From NCBI GenBank assembly GCA_965200155.1, contig CBDATR010000024.1:320001-384000 (forward strand): DNA of 64,000 nucleotides. The letters run 5' to 3'. The position numbers and the translations under genes were made by a program. This stretch comes from Nitrosopumilaceae archaeon. GTDB taxonomy: Archaea > Thermoproteota > Nitrososphaeria > Nitrososphaerales > Nitrosopumilaceae. The notes under the pieces are model-generated. The model worked only from the letters and a program-made list of their open reading frames with translations. It ran no database searches and was not told where the DNA came from. Numbering within the stretch: position 1 is the stretch's first letter; each line of letters opens with the position of its first letter. Positions 10,459-20,655 of this stretch are shown here, piece by piece.

Positions 10459-11322
10459 TTACTCTACCATTGTGGCATTTGATGGTTCCGCGTCACCAAA
10501 GAGATCCGACTCTTCGGCAGGAGCGGGCTCTTCTATTACGAATACAGATGTCATCCATGGGTGAACAAGACAGAAGTACTCGTATTCTCCTACATCCAGA
10601 TCCGATGTGTCCAATTCGTAGGTTGCATCAAACGCCATTAGGCCCGAGTCAAAAGTCTCTCCAACATCTGGCATGCTTGTCACAGTGTGGGCTACCAGAT
10701 CTTCGTTATACCATTGTATACGATCCCCCTGTTGTACTGTAAAGCTATCCGGACTGTAATCTGGATTGGTCTGATCCTCAGAACCCTCCAGTACAATGAC
10801 CTCGAAGGTATTGCCCGTGAACGGCTCGGGCTCTACGGGTTCCTGTACAACGGGTTCCGGTGCCTCAACTAGGTATGCTGTGGGTCCCAATAACCCAAAG
10901 GCCACATATGTGACTATGCCTGCAGCCGCAGCCATGGCAAATATTCCGCCCAACGGCTTTGTATACTGTGGCATCTTTGCAGCTATATACGCCATAATAA
11001 TTGAAGGGAATGTTATGGCCAACAGTATGCCTGCAAAGACTCCAGTGGTACTCACTGTATTAAACAGGAATCCCGCAGTTCCAAAGGCAAGCGATATAGA
11101 TACAACGACTAGAGCAGTAGCCTTGGCGCGATTGCTTGTAGATACGCCCCCATCCAATATGCCGGTAGCTAGGAATATCAGGCCTAGTATCAGTGTTAGT
11201 CCAGTCAGGGCGTGCATGCCGTCTATAAACGTGTGAGCTATGCCAGCATAGGATATTGTAACCCCCGCCAAGCCTATGGCAGTCAGTCCCATTCCGGGCA
11301 TCATAAGATCCCAGTTACTCAT
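10459..11322 (-). CDS. Multi-TM membrane protein with C-terminal type-1 blue copper (cupredoxin) domain
   Basis: About five hydrophobic segments followed by AHTVTS...FDSGL...YFCLVHPWM. Confidence 0.9.
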   Translation of the reverse strand: MSNWDLMMPGMGLTAIGLAGVTISYAGIAHTFIDGMHALTGLTLILGLIFLATGILDGGVSTSNRAKATALVVVSISLAFGTAGFLFNTVSTTGVFAGILLAITFPSIIMAYIAAKMPQYTKPLGGIFAMAAAAGIVTYVAFGLLGPTAYLVEAPEPVVQEPVEPEPFTGNTFEVIVLEGSEDQTNPDYSPDSFTVQQGDRIQWYNEDLVAHTVTSMPDVGETFDSGLMAFDATYELDTSDLDVGEYEYFCLVHPWMTSVFVIEEPAPAEESDLFGDAEPSNATMVE

Positions 11323-11374
11323 TCAAGGGCGTGTCTTTATCATTCGTAATTAATCCTTTTGGATAACTGGAGCT

Positions 11375-11656
11375 GCAATAGTTTGGACCACCCAAGTAAT
11401 TTTGCATATGCCTCCAAGTCATAGACTAAATCTAGCTATTCCACGCGATGTTTGCATGACAATGCAGCACGGTATACGTTATGGCGCGTTACATAAGTCT
11501 GTGGCATACAAAACTGAGATTACGTAACAAATGTATGACCAGAGACTTACAATTGCGGCTATGAGGCTGCCACAGTTCATTTCTTACAGGTTTGCATATG
11601 CTTACCCTATTGTGCCATGAAAACACACCTCAATTTGGGGCGACCTAAACGGTTAC
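11375..11656. mobile_element. MITE family B copy
   Basis: Right end CCTCAATTTGGGGCGACCTAAACGGTTAC; degenerate left end. Confidence 0.7.
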
Positions 11657-11705
11657 ATTGATTACCAGCGAAATTTATATAACATACCGATTTCAATTCC
11701 ATAAC

Positions 11706-11975
11706 ATGATACCCATCATAGGAACACTGCTAAACATACTACCATCAATCGCGGGACAACTCGGCCCTAACTACGATCCGTTGTTTTACGATGTAATGAT
11801 TTACATATTTGGTACAATTATGTTTACGGTATTCCTTCTAGGAATTATTGCGTTCTGGTTACGTGTACACGGATGGGCCTACAAAGACAACCGTGAGAGA
11901 TGGATTGATGAGTTGGATAAACACTTCGAGAGAGAAGGTATTGGTCTTATCCCAGATAACGGTAAGTATTGGTAG
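11706..11975 (+). CDS. Small single-TM protein; candidate AMO accessory subunit (AmoY/AmoZ type)
   Basis: 89 aa, one TM helix then WLRVHGWAYKDNRERW; TATA-like TTTATATAA upstream, T-rich terminator downstream; lies near the amoB block. Confidence 0.55.
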   Translation: MIPIIGTLLNILPSIAGQLGPNYDPLFYDVMIYIFGTIMFTVFLLGIIAFWLRVHGWAYKDNRERWIDELDKHFEREGIGLIPDNGKYW

Positions 11976-12199
11976 GACCATTTTTTCATCTTTTTGAATG
12001 ATTAGGGGCACCTTGCTCCCTTAATTTGTATAAGTTATTGCATCATTGGCGGTATGGCGAACGCCATAATTCTTTGACATGCAAGACGGGGATTGTATGT
12101 GACATGTAGGATTTGTTGCCCAGAGACTTATCGTAGCCACCATGTGTCTCATTTGGTGTACAATGCTCAATATAGCTGTCACCATAAGTCTTTTACTAT

Positions 12200-12487
12200 G
12201 ATTTTCGTGGCACCTCGTTCCTGGGCACCACATGGCTTTGGCTTGTCACCATTATTACCGCCCCGGACGACACGCTCTGCCACCCCATACAGGGAAACCG
12301 GTTACTAAACGTCGCGTTGATATCGGCGTGAAACTCCTGGTTACATATTGAATGTGTCCCTAGTTGATCGTAATTTGTTGTCAACGTGTCCACACACGTG
12401 ATAGGTCTAGCTCGTTGGGCGGGTAAACCGCCCCTCGTGTATTTCGCTGGCACAGTCACCAATTCAATCCCTAGTGCCTCGCACTTT
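12200..12487 (-). pseudogene. TnpB (IS200/IS605) C-terminal relic
   Basis: Fragments KCEALGIELVTVPAKYT / VCGHVDNKLRSTRDTF / EFHADINA (Zn finger and RuvC-III). Confidence 0.75.
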
Positions 12488-12881
12488 GTATGAGTTCACG
12501 TGTTTTGATCATTCACTAAGATATAGATTGGTATGATAATATTTTGCTTAAATACAAAATTTGCAATAAGAATCTAATGAGAAGACGCCGGTCCTATAAG
12601 GAATTGGAACTGGAAAAACAGATTCTTCAGGATACCCTTGCGTCTACCAAGAAAGATCTTGCACATTACAAAGAACGTCTGAGAATATTGGAAGCACATA
12701 TATCACACGCACCATAGAAGAAATACGAAATCACATGCAAGATTTCCAAATTATTAGGAATTATGTAAATGAATTGGAAGAGAAATTAGAAGAAAAACAG
12801 GGGAAAATTGCGGTAATCACAACGCGACTTAAATATTATGAGAATGCTCACTCGCCGTATGAGTTCACGTGTTTTGATCAT
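12488..12881 (+). mobile_element. IS66 5' relic with a family-A end, plus a second end at 12857
   Basis: GTATGAGTTCACGTGTTTTGATCAT at 12488 and 12857; intervening coiled-coil fragments end in RLKYYENAHSP (compare RLRYYENPHTP of the IS66 at 50.5 kb). Confidence 0.75.
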
Positions 12882-13036
12882 ATAATAAGATAGAATGTGT
12901 CACAGTTTTTTAATTATAATTACATTCTGGCAACAACCTCGTTCATTACAGAAAGGCCCTGAGCCCTACATGTCTGAACACATATGGACATGCGGCGCAT
13001 GGCCCTTTCACCACCCTTTATCTGACTACTAATCTT

Positions 13037-13128
13037 GTATGAGTTCACCTGTGTCTAAATTTACGCATAACTGATCGCGGCAGTTAATGTGATTTGTGCA
13101 TAAGATTCCGGAAGACGTGAACTCATAC
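13037..13128. mobile_element. 92-bp MITE family A
   Basis: Same TIRs and body as the 4304 copy. Confidence 0.9.
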
Positions 13129-13277
13129 TATTCTACAAGTCTGTTGGGAGATGGGGGATTCTATGTGACCGGTGGAAAAATTCCTGCCCAGAGACTTGTG
13201 GCAGTCGCGGTGTTCCTGCTACGACATCCTGTATACTGCCAAATCTTGGCGGAAACACACCACAGTCAGTTAGTTCA

Positions 13278-13832
13278 CTATTCGTCTCTGCTGGGCGGCA
13301 TAAAGTCTTGATCTTCACTCTGATCACGATCTTTGGATACAAATTCTGCACGATAACGGGATCCGTCTTCCAGTAGTGTGTTAATGAAGTGTGGTGATCT
13401 CTCATTGTTTACATATATGACAGACCTTGATATCTCCATATCTCGTAACGGAAAGTCCCACATCCACAAAAAGTGCCCTATCTCAAAGGGATATTCGTTT
13501 TCCCATTCTGCATAGATGATGCCATCGTCACTCAGTGTGTACATGGACCTCTGGCATTCACCAAGCTCACCCTCCCCAAAACCTATGTTAGCAGGTATGT
13601 CTGCTCGTGCCCCGTCGACGTAGAGCTCCAGTGTTGCAGATATCCTATATGGGGTATTTCTGTCGTTTATGCACACTACGAGTGGATTGTCTGCATTTAG
13701 TACAAGCTGAACTGCAGCACTAATACCAGCTACAGAGAATCCTATTATGGCAGTCATAATGAGAAAGCGGATTGTCTTTTTGCGTTTGTAGGGATCGCTG
13801 GTTCCAGGCCAGTTCATGTGCATATTATGCAA
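13278..13832 (-). CDS. Conserved thaumarchaeal membrane-anchored hypothetical protein
   Basis: One TM helix then a domain containing IPANIG; amoB-proximal. Confidence 0.75.
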   Translation of the reverse strand: MHNMHMNWPGTSDPYKRKKTIRFLIMTAIIGFSVAGISAAVQLVLNADNPLVVCINDRNTPYRISATLELYVDGARADIPANIGFGEGELGECQRSMYTLSDDGIIYAEWENEYPFEIGHFLWMWDFPLRDMEISRSVIYVNNERSPHFINTLLEDGSRYRAEFVSKDRDQSEDQDFMPPSRDE

Positions 13833-14058
13833 TTATGTATGTTAAAGTCCTTTCGACAGTGGCGTAAGTGGAATGGTGTGATTTCTTGCATCGCTCATAT
13901 CCTGCACAAGTTGACATAATCATTATCGTACATAAATTCGGGCTGAGCGAACTAACATCGTCAATTTCTCCAAGCATCTAAACCATGGGTGTACACGGTA
14001 CAAATGAGCTGCACACAGACTGTTATACAAGTCCTTTTGGATCGGAAACAGCGTTTCA

Positions 14059-14373
14059 TTATTCGTCCATTATCTCGATGGTATCAAGCATGTCTTGATG
14101 ATCTGCCACAAAATATGTGATCTCATCTGAGTCTATCTCTAACCACTCGGACTCACCTTGATAAGGCAGAAAATCTTCTACAAACAGATTATCTTTACCG
14201 CTCAGTCGCACAACCACTTTGTTTCTTTTTGGTAGTATTCCAAATGGAAGCCGAATGACCTTGCCACGTCTTTGGGCTTGTAGGTTGAATTTGTAAGAAT
14301 CTCCCCGGAACACTACATCGCCAAAAAAGTAGCTCTGGAATATGTCTAATCGCTTTATGTGGAAATGTAACAT
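14059..14373 (-). CDS. Conserved thaumarchaeal hypothetical protein downstream of amoB
   Basis: Clean 104-aa ORF, co-directional with amoB. Confidence 0.75.
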   Translation of the reverse strand: MLHFHIKRLDIFQSYFFGDVVFRGDSYKFNLQAQRRGKVIRLPFGILPKRNKVVVRLSGKDNLFVEDFLPYQGESEWLEIDSDEITYFVADHQDMLDTIEIMDE

Positions 14374-14442
14374 GTATGTACTAACAACTGGATAGTTTAA
14401 GAGGATAACTCTCCCCTACGATTAATAAAATTAAAAAATTGC

Positions 14443-15012
14443 TCAGATAACTTGCCACGGTCGGGTTGCAAATGTTATGACATAGCCAACACCGATCAGT
14501 ATGGATTGATACATGATATTGGTATAGGGAATAGGCTTGATTATTGGATCGCCTTCTACTATAACCGTCTGCCCCGGTCCAAGTCCTGGACCCACTGAAG
14601 CCACATTAAGCTGGGTGTGGACATGGTATACGCCCGCTTCCAGCGCAATTGCGGATATAGAATAATCTGTTACGGAATTGCCTGCAATATCAAAGACATT
14701 GCCTGGTGGATCCCTAGCTATTATCTCCCATCTGTTTCCTGCATTGGTTGATTCTGAGAATATGGATATCCACCCTCGAAGATCTCTTTCTACCAAACTG
14801 GTAAGTTGCCCATTGAGCGTTAGTGTCTCACCGGTCTGAAGTGAAGATCTATTGAATGTCTCTCCTTCTATTCTTATGAAACGACTCTGAAGCTGTGCCT
14901 GAACACCATGAGCTTCGGCGGACTGAAAGAGTGAATCGACCCAATCAAATCCTAGCGTGCCCGTTGCTAGCACAAAACTTAGACTCAATACGATTAATTT
15001 TCTGTTTATCAT
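14443..15012 (-). CDS. amoB: Archaeal ammonia monooxygenase subunit B
   Basis: Signal peptide, AEAHGVQAQLQSRF, GVYHVHTQLN, C-terminal FATRPWQVI. Confidence 0.98.
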   Translation of the reverse strand: MINRKLIVLSLSFVLATGTLGFDWVDSLFQSAEAHGVQAQLQSRFIRIEGETFNRSSLQTGETLTLNGQLTSLVERDLRGWISIFSESTNAGNRWEIIARDPPGNVFDIAGNSVTDYSISAIALEAGVYHVHTQLNVASVGPGLGPGQTVIVEGDPIIKPIPYTNIMYQSILIGVGYVITFATRPWQVI

Positions 15013-15797
15013 TGATACCCCTTGTTATGACATAGCAATAGGTGATTGTTATAAGCATTTCTATTATTCTCGCAGAGAATTTCCACCAGTTTTTAAATAG
15101 ACATCTAATTGTGCTTAAAAACTAATGAGTAAACCCCTAATTGACCATAACATAAAACAGCAAATCTTGGCTGTCCCCACCTGTGGTGAGCAGTGTATTG
15201 AAACCAATCGGGAAAAGTCTAATCACAGGCCAAAAATCCGACAAGGTCAGATAATGGTGTAGAGTGGGGGTATCTTATGTCACTAATACGTAGTCGTTTT
15301 TTTGAACATACTCACGCATAAATTCAGGTATGTTAAATTCATGCGAACTTGAAGCCTATTTTTGGCTCCTGCTCCCAAATACTCTTGTTCAACTTGAAGG
15401 ATTCCAGGAACGCCATGTGCGTTGCTCCTGGGGTGGGCAACTTTGTTACGACATTTAACAAAGCACGAGGACATGGCTCTTAACCGTTTAGGCTAACTCC
15501 AATTAAGGACAGTCATACACTCCGTCGTGATACCGTCACCTCTGTGCACCGGATACAGATGCCGTGTGAGTCGTGCTCAGCTGTTACGCGACGCTTGTAT
15601 AACAAGGCGGCTCAATGCATGGCCTTGGATTACCGCCCGACATTATCATGAATGGATTCATGAGATGCGCGCTAAAGATTGTCGCTAAACTTGGTACACA
15701 TACAACTCGAGTACGGTCGCGCGTATCTCAATGAGATAGTTGGTTACACATAGCTCGCTTAAAAGGAATATATTCGAGTCTAAAACTCTCATACCTC

Positions 15798-16094
15798 ATG
15801 GTTAACATAAAGAATGCAAAAAACAGACGTAGTGATATAGAAGTAGAGGGTACTATCGAAGATCTCTCTGAGCCGCGTACTGTTACTACAAAATATGGTC
15901 AGGCCGAAGTCTGCGATGCTTATCTGGTAGATGAGGAGGACAGAATAAAGCTATCCTTGTGGGGGGATGACATAAAAAAAGTCAAGAACGGTGATAGAGT
16001 GTCCATCAAGGGTGCTTATACTAACACATACAAGAACGAAGTACAACTGAGCATACCCCGAAAGAATGGCATACTCGAAGTAATCTCCCGTTGA
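15798..16094 (+). CDS. Single-OB-fold ssDNA-binding protein (SSB/RPA-like)
   Basis: EPRTVTTKYG...IKLSLWGDD...GAYTNTYKNEVQL. Confidence 0.88.
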   Translation: MVNIKNAKNRRSDIEVEGTIEDLSEPRTVTTKYGQAEVCDAYLVDEEDRIKLSLWGDDIKKVKNGDRVSIKGAYTNTYKNEVQLSIPRKNGILEVISR

Positions 16095-16172
16095 ATGGCT
16101 TGTACTTTTTTAGATTACACACTCTTTCTATGGGTGGGATGCCCCTTGACCAAATTATAGTATGGATGTACT

Positions 16173-17258
16173 ATGCCTGAAGTGTGGCTTAACTATGGTC
16201 CGGTGGACGTGGTACTGAATATACGTGCAGAGAACTTGGATCGTATAATAACAAAACCCGGACCTTTGCTTGGTGTTGATTATATTGAGGAGCGCCTACA
16301 AAAAATTGACCTAACTAGTCCACAAACTCTGGTGTTGCTACAGGATACCGTGGCAATACGCAGCCTGATATCCATATTATATAACATGTGCGAAAAGCGT
16401 TCTTTGCCATTTCCAAAGATAGTGGCAAATCGGCAGATAGTCCAAAGTATAAAGTCAAATCTTCCACAAGGTAGTGCCGTCCAAGAGTACGACAAGGCCA
16501 GTCTCGACAGTGGTATGATCTTTGTTTCCGAGATATCTGGTGATGGTTTGTTTGGGTACGAAACTGTGTCAACTATGTTGCTTAGAATGTTCGGCCCTGA
16601 TGCAATGCTTGACGCATATGCGGCCAGGGATGCGGATACTCCCATGCCCTCTCATTTTACAAAGTCCTATCATATTGCCAATGAATTTGTAGAAAAGTTC
16701 GACATACTGTCTATCAACCTGACCAGTAGAGCTGGTGAAATATTGGATGTGCATGTAGGACATCCTTCCGCGTGTAACCCATCAAGGATGACCGGCTCCG
16801 CATATCCGGAGAGCGGTAATGTAAAGACTATAGTGGGCAGCACGGGCGCATCTGTCGCCAACGACACACTGGCACATGCCCTGTCATCTCTGTGGACTAT
16901 GTACAAGGGTCTGCGTTCTGGCGGGCAGGCTGTTCTGTTGGCCGAATGCGCCAGCGGTTTGGGGTCACCTGCAATAAGAGGCAGAATGGAGGGAAAAATG
17001 AGTCCAGAGTATATACATGATCCCCCCGTATATGCAGAGGGAATGGAGGATTTACTATTCTTGGATACGGTGTCTCGCGATATAGATGTAGTGTTGGTAT
17101 CTGCACTCCCGGAGTTTTATGTCTCGAAACTAAACATGAGTCTTGCCTTGCGTGCTCAGGATGCCTTGGACGCTGTATTACAACAAAATCCAAGGCGCAA
17201 GATCTTGGTACTAAGTGATGCCTCTGGCGCCATACTATGGAATAATTCCCGCGGGTAG
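16173..17258 (+). CDS. Lactate racemase (LarA/DUF2088)-like domain protein
   Basis: MPEVWLNYG N-terminus and LLAECASGLG motif. Confidence 0.6.
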   Translation: MPEVWLNYGPVDVVLNIRAENLDRIITKPGPLLGVDYIEERLQKIDLTSPQTLVLLQDTVAIRSLISILYNMCEKRSLPFPKIVANRQIVQSIKSNLPQGSAVQEYDKASLDSGMIFVSEISGDGLFGYETVSTMLLRMFGPDAMLDAYAARDADTPMPSHFTKSYHIANEFVEKFDILSINLTSRAGEILDVHVGHPSACNPSRMTGSAYPESGNVKTIVGSTGASVANDTLAHALSSLWTMYKGLRSGGQAVLLAECASGLGSPAIRGRMEGKMSPEYIHDPPVYAEGMEDLLFLDTVSRDIDVVLVSALPEFYVSKLNMSLALRAQDALDAVLQQNPRRKILVLSDASGAILWNNSRG

Positions 17259-18323
17259 GGGGGCGCAAAGAACTGCCAAGACGATTATGGCCAAATATGC
17301 CTTCTTTCTACTACTGGGCAGTGGAGTCACTTCATCCAGCGTTGACGCAGATGGATTTCTCATACTAAGTATAAGTATGAGCAACGCCATAAACCAGTAA
17401 TTTAAGAGTACCAGCACCCCCATACTCCCAAAAGTTGCATACCTGTGGACGCGTTCGCTCATTAGCGTCCTTGCCATATGGCCACCGTCTAGTTGCCATG
17501 CAGGTAACAGGTTCAGGAAGGTGACCAGAAATCCTATCCAGGATGCCCATAGTATGGGGGTAAGGATCACTACATTGGGTTCTCCCTTCCCGAATAGTTC
17601 CAATGCACCGTACATGAAAAGTGACTCACCAAACTGAAATTCAGTCAGCATATTGGTACTCATAAGATACTGGGCTGTCTGCTCATCAATAAGTGGGGCA
17701 TTCCACGCACCTACCAAAGCCACAATAATGGCTATCACAACTCCTGCCACCGGACCCGCTATTGCAATATCAAAGAGTATCTTTCGGTTTACGGTGGGTC
17801 CGCCGGACCGTATAAACGCACCAAAGGTGGGTATTCCGATTATTGGTAAACCGGGAATGAAGAATGGCCAAGTCGTCTTGAGTTTATGCGCCTTCATGGC
17901 TATCAGATGGCCTGCCTCATGCACCCCCAATATGCCCAGCAGGCATAGCGTGTAAATGACGGCCATCTGAAATGGCTCGCCTACGTATACGATATTGTTT
18001 ATCTGCATCGTACGGTAATAGCCATCTACCATGACGAATACACAAACTATACCAAATAGTATGCGCGGTGTCCACACATTGCCAAGGAAACGACCGGGTT
18101 TTTGTAGGGTATACTGCTGGACTATTATGTACAGGCTCTGGTCTTGGTTAACCAGTCTGCAAATGTATCTACTATTTTCTAAAATACGGGCCAATTCCTT
18201 GAACTTCTCGGAATAGTTTGTATCACCAATGCGAAACTCCAAGGAATATGTACCGTGATTTGTGTCTATAACGTCAAACTTGGAATGGATAACGGTGATT
18301 ACATCATCCTTGGTTATGTCCAT
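17235..18323 (-). CDS. Site-2 protease (peptidase M50)
   Basis: HEAGH and NLLPAWQLDGG motifs. Confidence 0.93.
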   Translation of the reverse strand: MDITKDDVITVIHSKFDVIDTNHGTYSLEFRIGDTNYSEKFKELARILENSRYICRLVNQDQSLYIIVQQYTLQKPGRFLGNVWTPRILFGIVCVFVMVDGYYRTMQINNIVYVGEPFQMAVIYTLCLLGILGVHEAGHLIAMKAHKLKTTWPFFIPGLPIIGIPTFGAFIRSGGPTVNRKILFDIAIAGPVAGVVIAIIVALVGAWNAPLIDEQTAQYLMSTNMLTEFQFGESLFMYGALELFGKGEPNVVILTPILWASWIGFLVTFLNLLPAWQLDGGHMARTLMSERVHRYATFGSMGVLVLLNYWFMALLILILSMRNPSASTLDEVTPLPSSRKKAYLAIIVLAVLCAPLPAGIIP

Positions 18324-18425
18324 ATTCTATCTGTAACAGTCGATATTATGTCTTTTTTGGCATATGTGAGCAATACAGACTTTATCAGATTTGATTTATA
18401 AGCGCCAGTCCAATGATTAGGAGCA

Positions 18426-18839
18426 ATGAGTCTCACACCGCAGCAGCTGTATCAGGAACAAAAAATGCTAGAGGATCTTGATATAAAATTAGCCACAGAA
18501 GCACAGAAAATTAGAGACTACATAACAGAGGCCGGAAATGCCATTACTGCCATCAGGTCCATAAAAGGTGGAAAAACACTACAAACACTTCTCCCAATCG
18601 GGCCTGGCGTCATGGTGAAAGCAGTACTCTCTGCTGATGATTCACTTCCCGTTCATGTGGGTGCCGGTGTAGTACTGGAAAAGAGTGCCGATTCGGCAAT
18701 TCTGTTCTTGGAATCCAGAATAAAGGAGTACAACTTGTCTCTGAACGAGTCTGCTTCTGCACGACAGCAAGTAGCTGCAAAGATGAGCAAAAATGTCAAA
18801 TTACTAGAACAAATGCATGAGGCAAATTCTGCGAACTGA
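18426..18839 (+). CDS. pfdA: Prefoldin alpha subunit
   Basis: LLPIGPG and VHVGAGVVLEK hairpins between coiled coils; precedes ftsY. Confidence 0.9.
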   Translation: MSLTPQQLYQEQKMLEDLDIKLATEAQKIRDYITEAGNAITAIRSIKGGKTLQTLLPIGPGVMVKAVLSADDSLPVHVGAGVVLEKSADSAILFLESRIKEYNLSLNESASARQQVAAKMSKNVKLLEQMHEANSAN

Positions 18840-18840
18840 C

Positions 18841-20655
18841 ATGTTTGACAGCCTCCGCAAAGCGCTATCGGGAGTTTCAAAGGCATTTGTCGAGAAGGAG
18901 CTTGACGAGGGGACAATCGAGGATGCGCTCTCGGATCTGGAGATGTCATTACTGCAATCTGATGTGGCTTTGGAGGTTGTAGATGAGATCAGCCAAGATC
19001 TCAAGAACCGGTTGAGTGGCACTACGGTACCCAAAAAGAAGATACAAGAATTTGTGCGAGGGGCATTACTGGAATCTGTATCGTCACTGCTGGGGAATGC
19101 CGGGACTCTGGATGTGTTAGAGCGTATACGAATGAAGAATGAGTCAGGTGATCCATATGTCATCCTATTCCTGGGAATAAACGGGACTGGCAAGACTACT
19201 ACATTGGCCAAGATGGTATATTTACTAAAACAGCAAAATTTGACCGCAGTGGTTGCCGCCGCAGATACGTTTAGAGCCGGAGCCATTGAGCAGCTAAAAG
19301 AGCATACGGACAGATTACAGGTAAAGATAATATCACAAAATTACAACTCTGATCCCGCGGCAGTGGCGCGGGATGCTGTTCTTTATGCTAAATCCCATCG
19401 TGTCAACTGTGTCCTGATAGATACAGCAGGCCGCATCCAGACAAACACAAACCTGATGCAACAGATAGAAAAAATAATCAAGGTAGTGGGACCTGATCTT
19501 AGAATATTTGTCGGGGACTCCTTAGCAGGAAACGACGCGTTAAGCCAAGCCATACAGTTTCGTGACTACACTAACTTTGATTGCGTAATCATGACCAAGA
19601 GCGATGCCGATGCCAAAGGTGGAGCGGCTCTGTCTATAGTAAAGATGACATCAAAGCCGATTGTCTTTCTTGGCGTAGGTCAGGAGTATGGAGATCTAGC
19701 CCCATTCAAAAAAGAGGTGTTTTTGGATACACTGTTTGGCGAGGCAGAGGTGGATCCCTCCCTGTTATCTAGAATGCCCGATATGGCTGCCCCACCACCG
19801 GTCATTGAGGAACCAAAAGATGAACCTGCCATTCCGTCCCTATCACAGGAATTATCTCAGGATACCCATGCCCCACCACCGCTCATTGAGGAACCCAAGG
19901 ACATCCCTGATGCAGAATACGAAGAACCCCCGCAGCGAGATCCATTTGAGGGCATTTCTGATGATGACATAAAATCATATTCCGAGATAAACAAGGCTCC
20001 GCCTCCGGAGAGCGACGATGAGGCTCTGGAACTAGCCACGCAAATTAAAAAATGGATAAGTGACGGAAGGCCTTCTGGCAAGCCAGAACCCAAAGACGAA
20101 CCCCCACAGCGAGATCCATTTGAGGGCATTTCTGATGATGACATAAAATCATATTCCGAGATAAACAAGGCTCCGCCTCCGGAGAGCGACGATGAGGCTC
20201 TGGAACTAGCCACGCAAATTAAAAAATGGATAAGTGACGGAAGGCCTTCTGGCAAGCCAGAACCCAAAGACGAACCCCCGCAGCGAGATCCATTTGAGGG
20301 CATTTCTGATGATGACATAAAATCATATTCCGAGATAAACAGGGCTCCGCCTCCGGAGAGCGACGATGAGGCTCTGGAACTAGCCACGCAAATTAAAAAA
20401 TGGATAAGTGACGGAAGGCCTTCTGGCAAGCCAGAACCCAAAGACGAACCCCCGCAGCGAGATCCATTTGAGGGCATTTCTGATGATGACATAAAATCAT
20501 ATTCCGAGATAAACAGGGCTCCGCCTCCGGAGAGCGACGATGAGGCTCTGGAACTAGCCACGCAAATTAAAAAATGGATAAGTGACGGAAGGCCTTCTGG
20601 CAAGCCAGAACACAAGAAGAAAAAACGCGGATTGTTTGGGTTCTTCAGAAAATGA
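18841..20655 (+). CDS. ftsY: SRP receptor FtsY with repeat-expanded C-terminus
   Basis: GINGTGKTTT, DTFRAGA, DTAGR and TKSD motifs. Confidence 0.96.
   Translation: MFDSLRKALSGVSKAFVEKELDEGTIEDALSDLEMSLLQSDVALEVVDEISQDLKNRLSGTTVPKKKIQEFVRGALLESVSSLLGNAGTLDVLERIRMKNESGDPYVILFLGINGTGKTTTLAKMVYLLKQQNLTAVVAAADTFRAGAIEQLKEHTDRLQVKIISQNYNSDPAAVARDAVLYAKSHRVNCVLIDTAGRIQTNTNLMQQIEKIIKVVGPDLRIFVGDSLAGNDALSQAIQFRDYTNFDCVIMTKSDADAKGGAALSIVKMTSKPIVFLGVGQEYGDLAPFKKEVFLDTLFGEAEVDPSLLSRMPDMAAPPPVIEEPKDEPAIPSLSQELSQDTHAPPPLIEEPKDIPDAEYEEPPQRDPFEGISDDDIKSYSEINKAPPPESDDEALELATQIKKWISDGRPSGKPEPKDEPPQRDPFEGISDDDIKSYSEINKAPPPESDDEALELATQIKKWISDGRPSGKPEPKDEPPQRDPFEGISDDDIKSYSEINRAPPPESDDEALELATQIKKWISDGRPSGKPEPKDEPPQRDPFEGISDDDIKSYSEINRAPPPESDDEALELATQIKKWISDGRPSGKPEHKKKKRGLFGFFRK
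19924..20610 (+). repeat. Four near-identical 174-bp (58-aa) tandem repeats inside ftsY
   Basis: Units start at 19924, 20098, 20272 and 20446. Confidence 0.97.

Noticed and set aside
12124-12191. Further small inverted-repeat family (AGACTTRTGG...), with echoes at 4533, 13192, 21794 and 57117
   Set aside because: Too degenerate to define ends or a TSD by eye.
19857-20615. 252-aa repetitive antisense ORF
   Set aside because: Shadow of the ftsY repeats.
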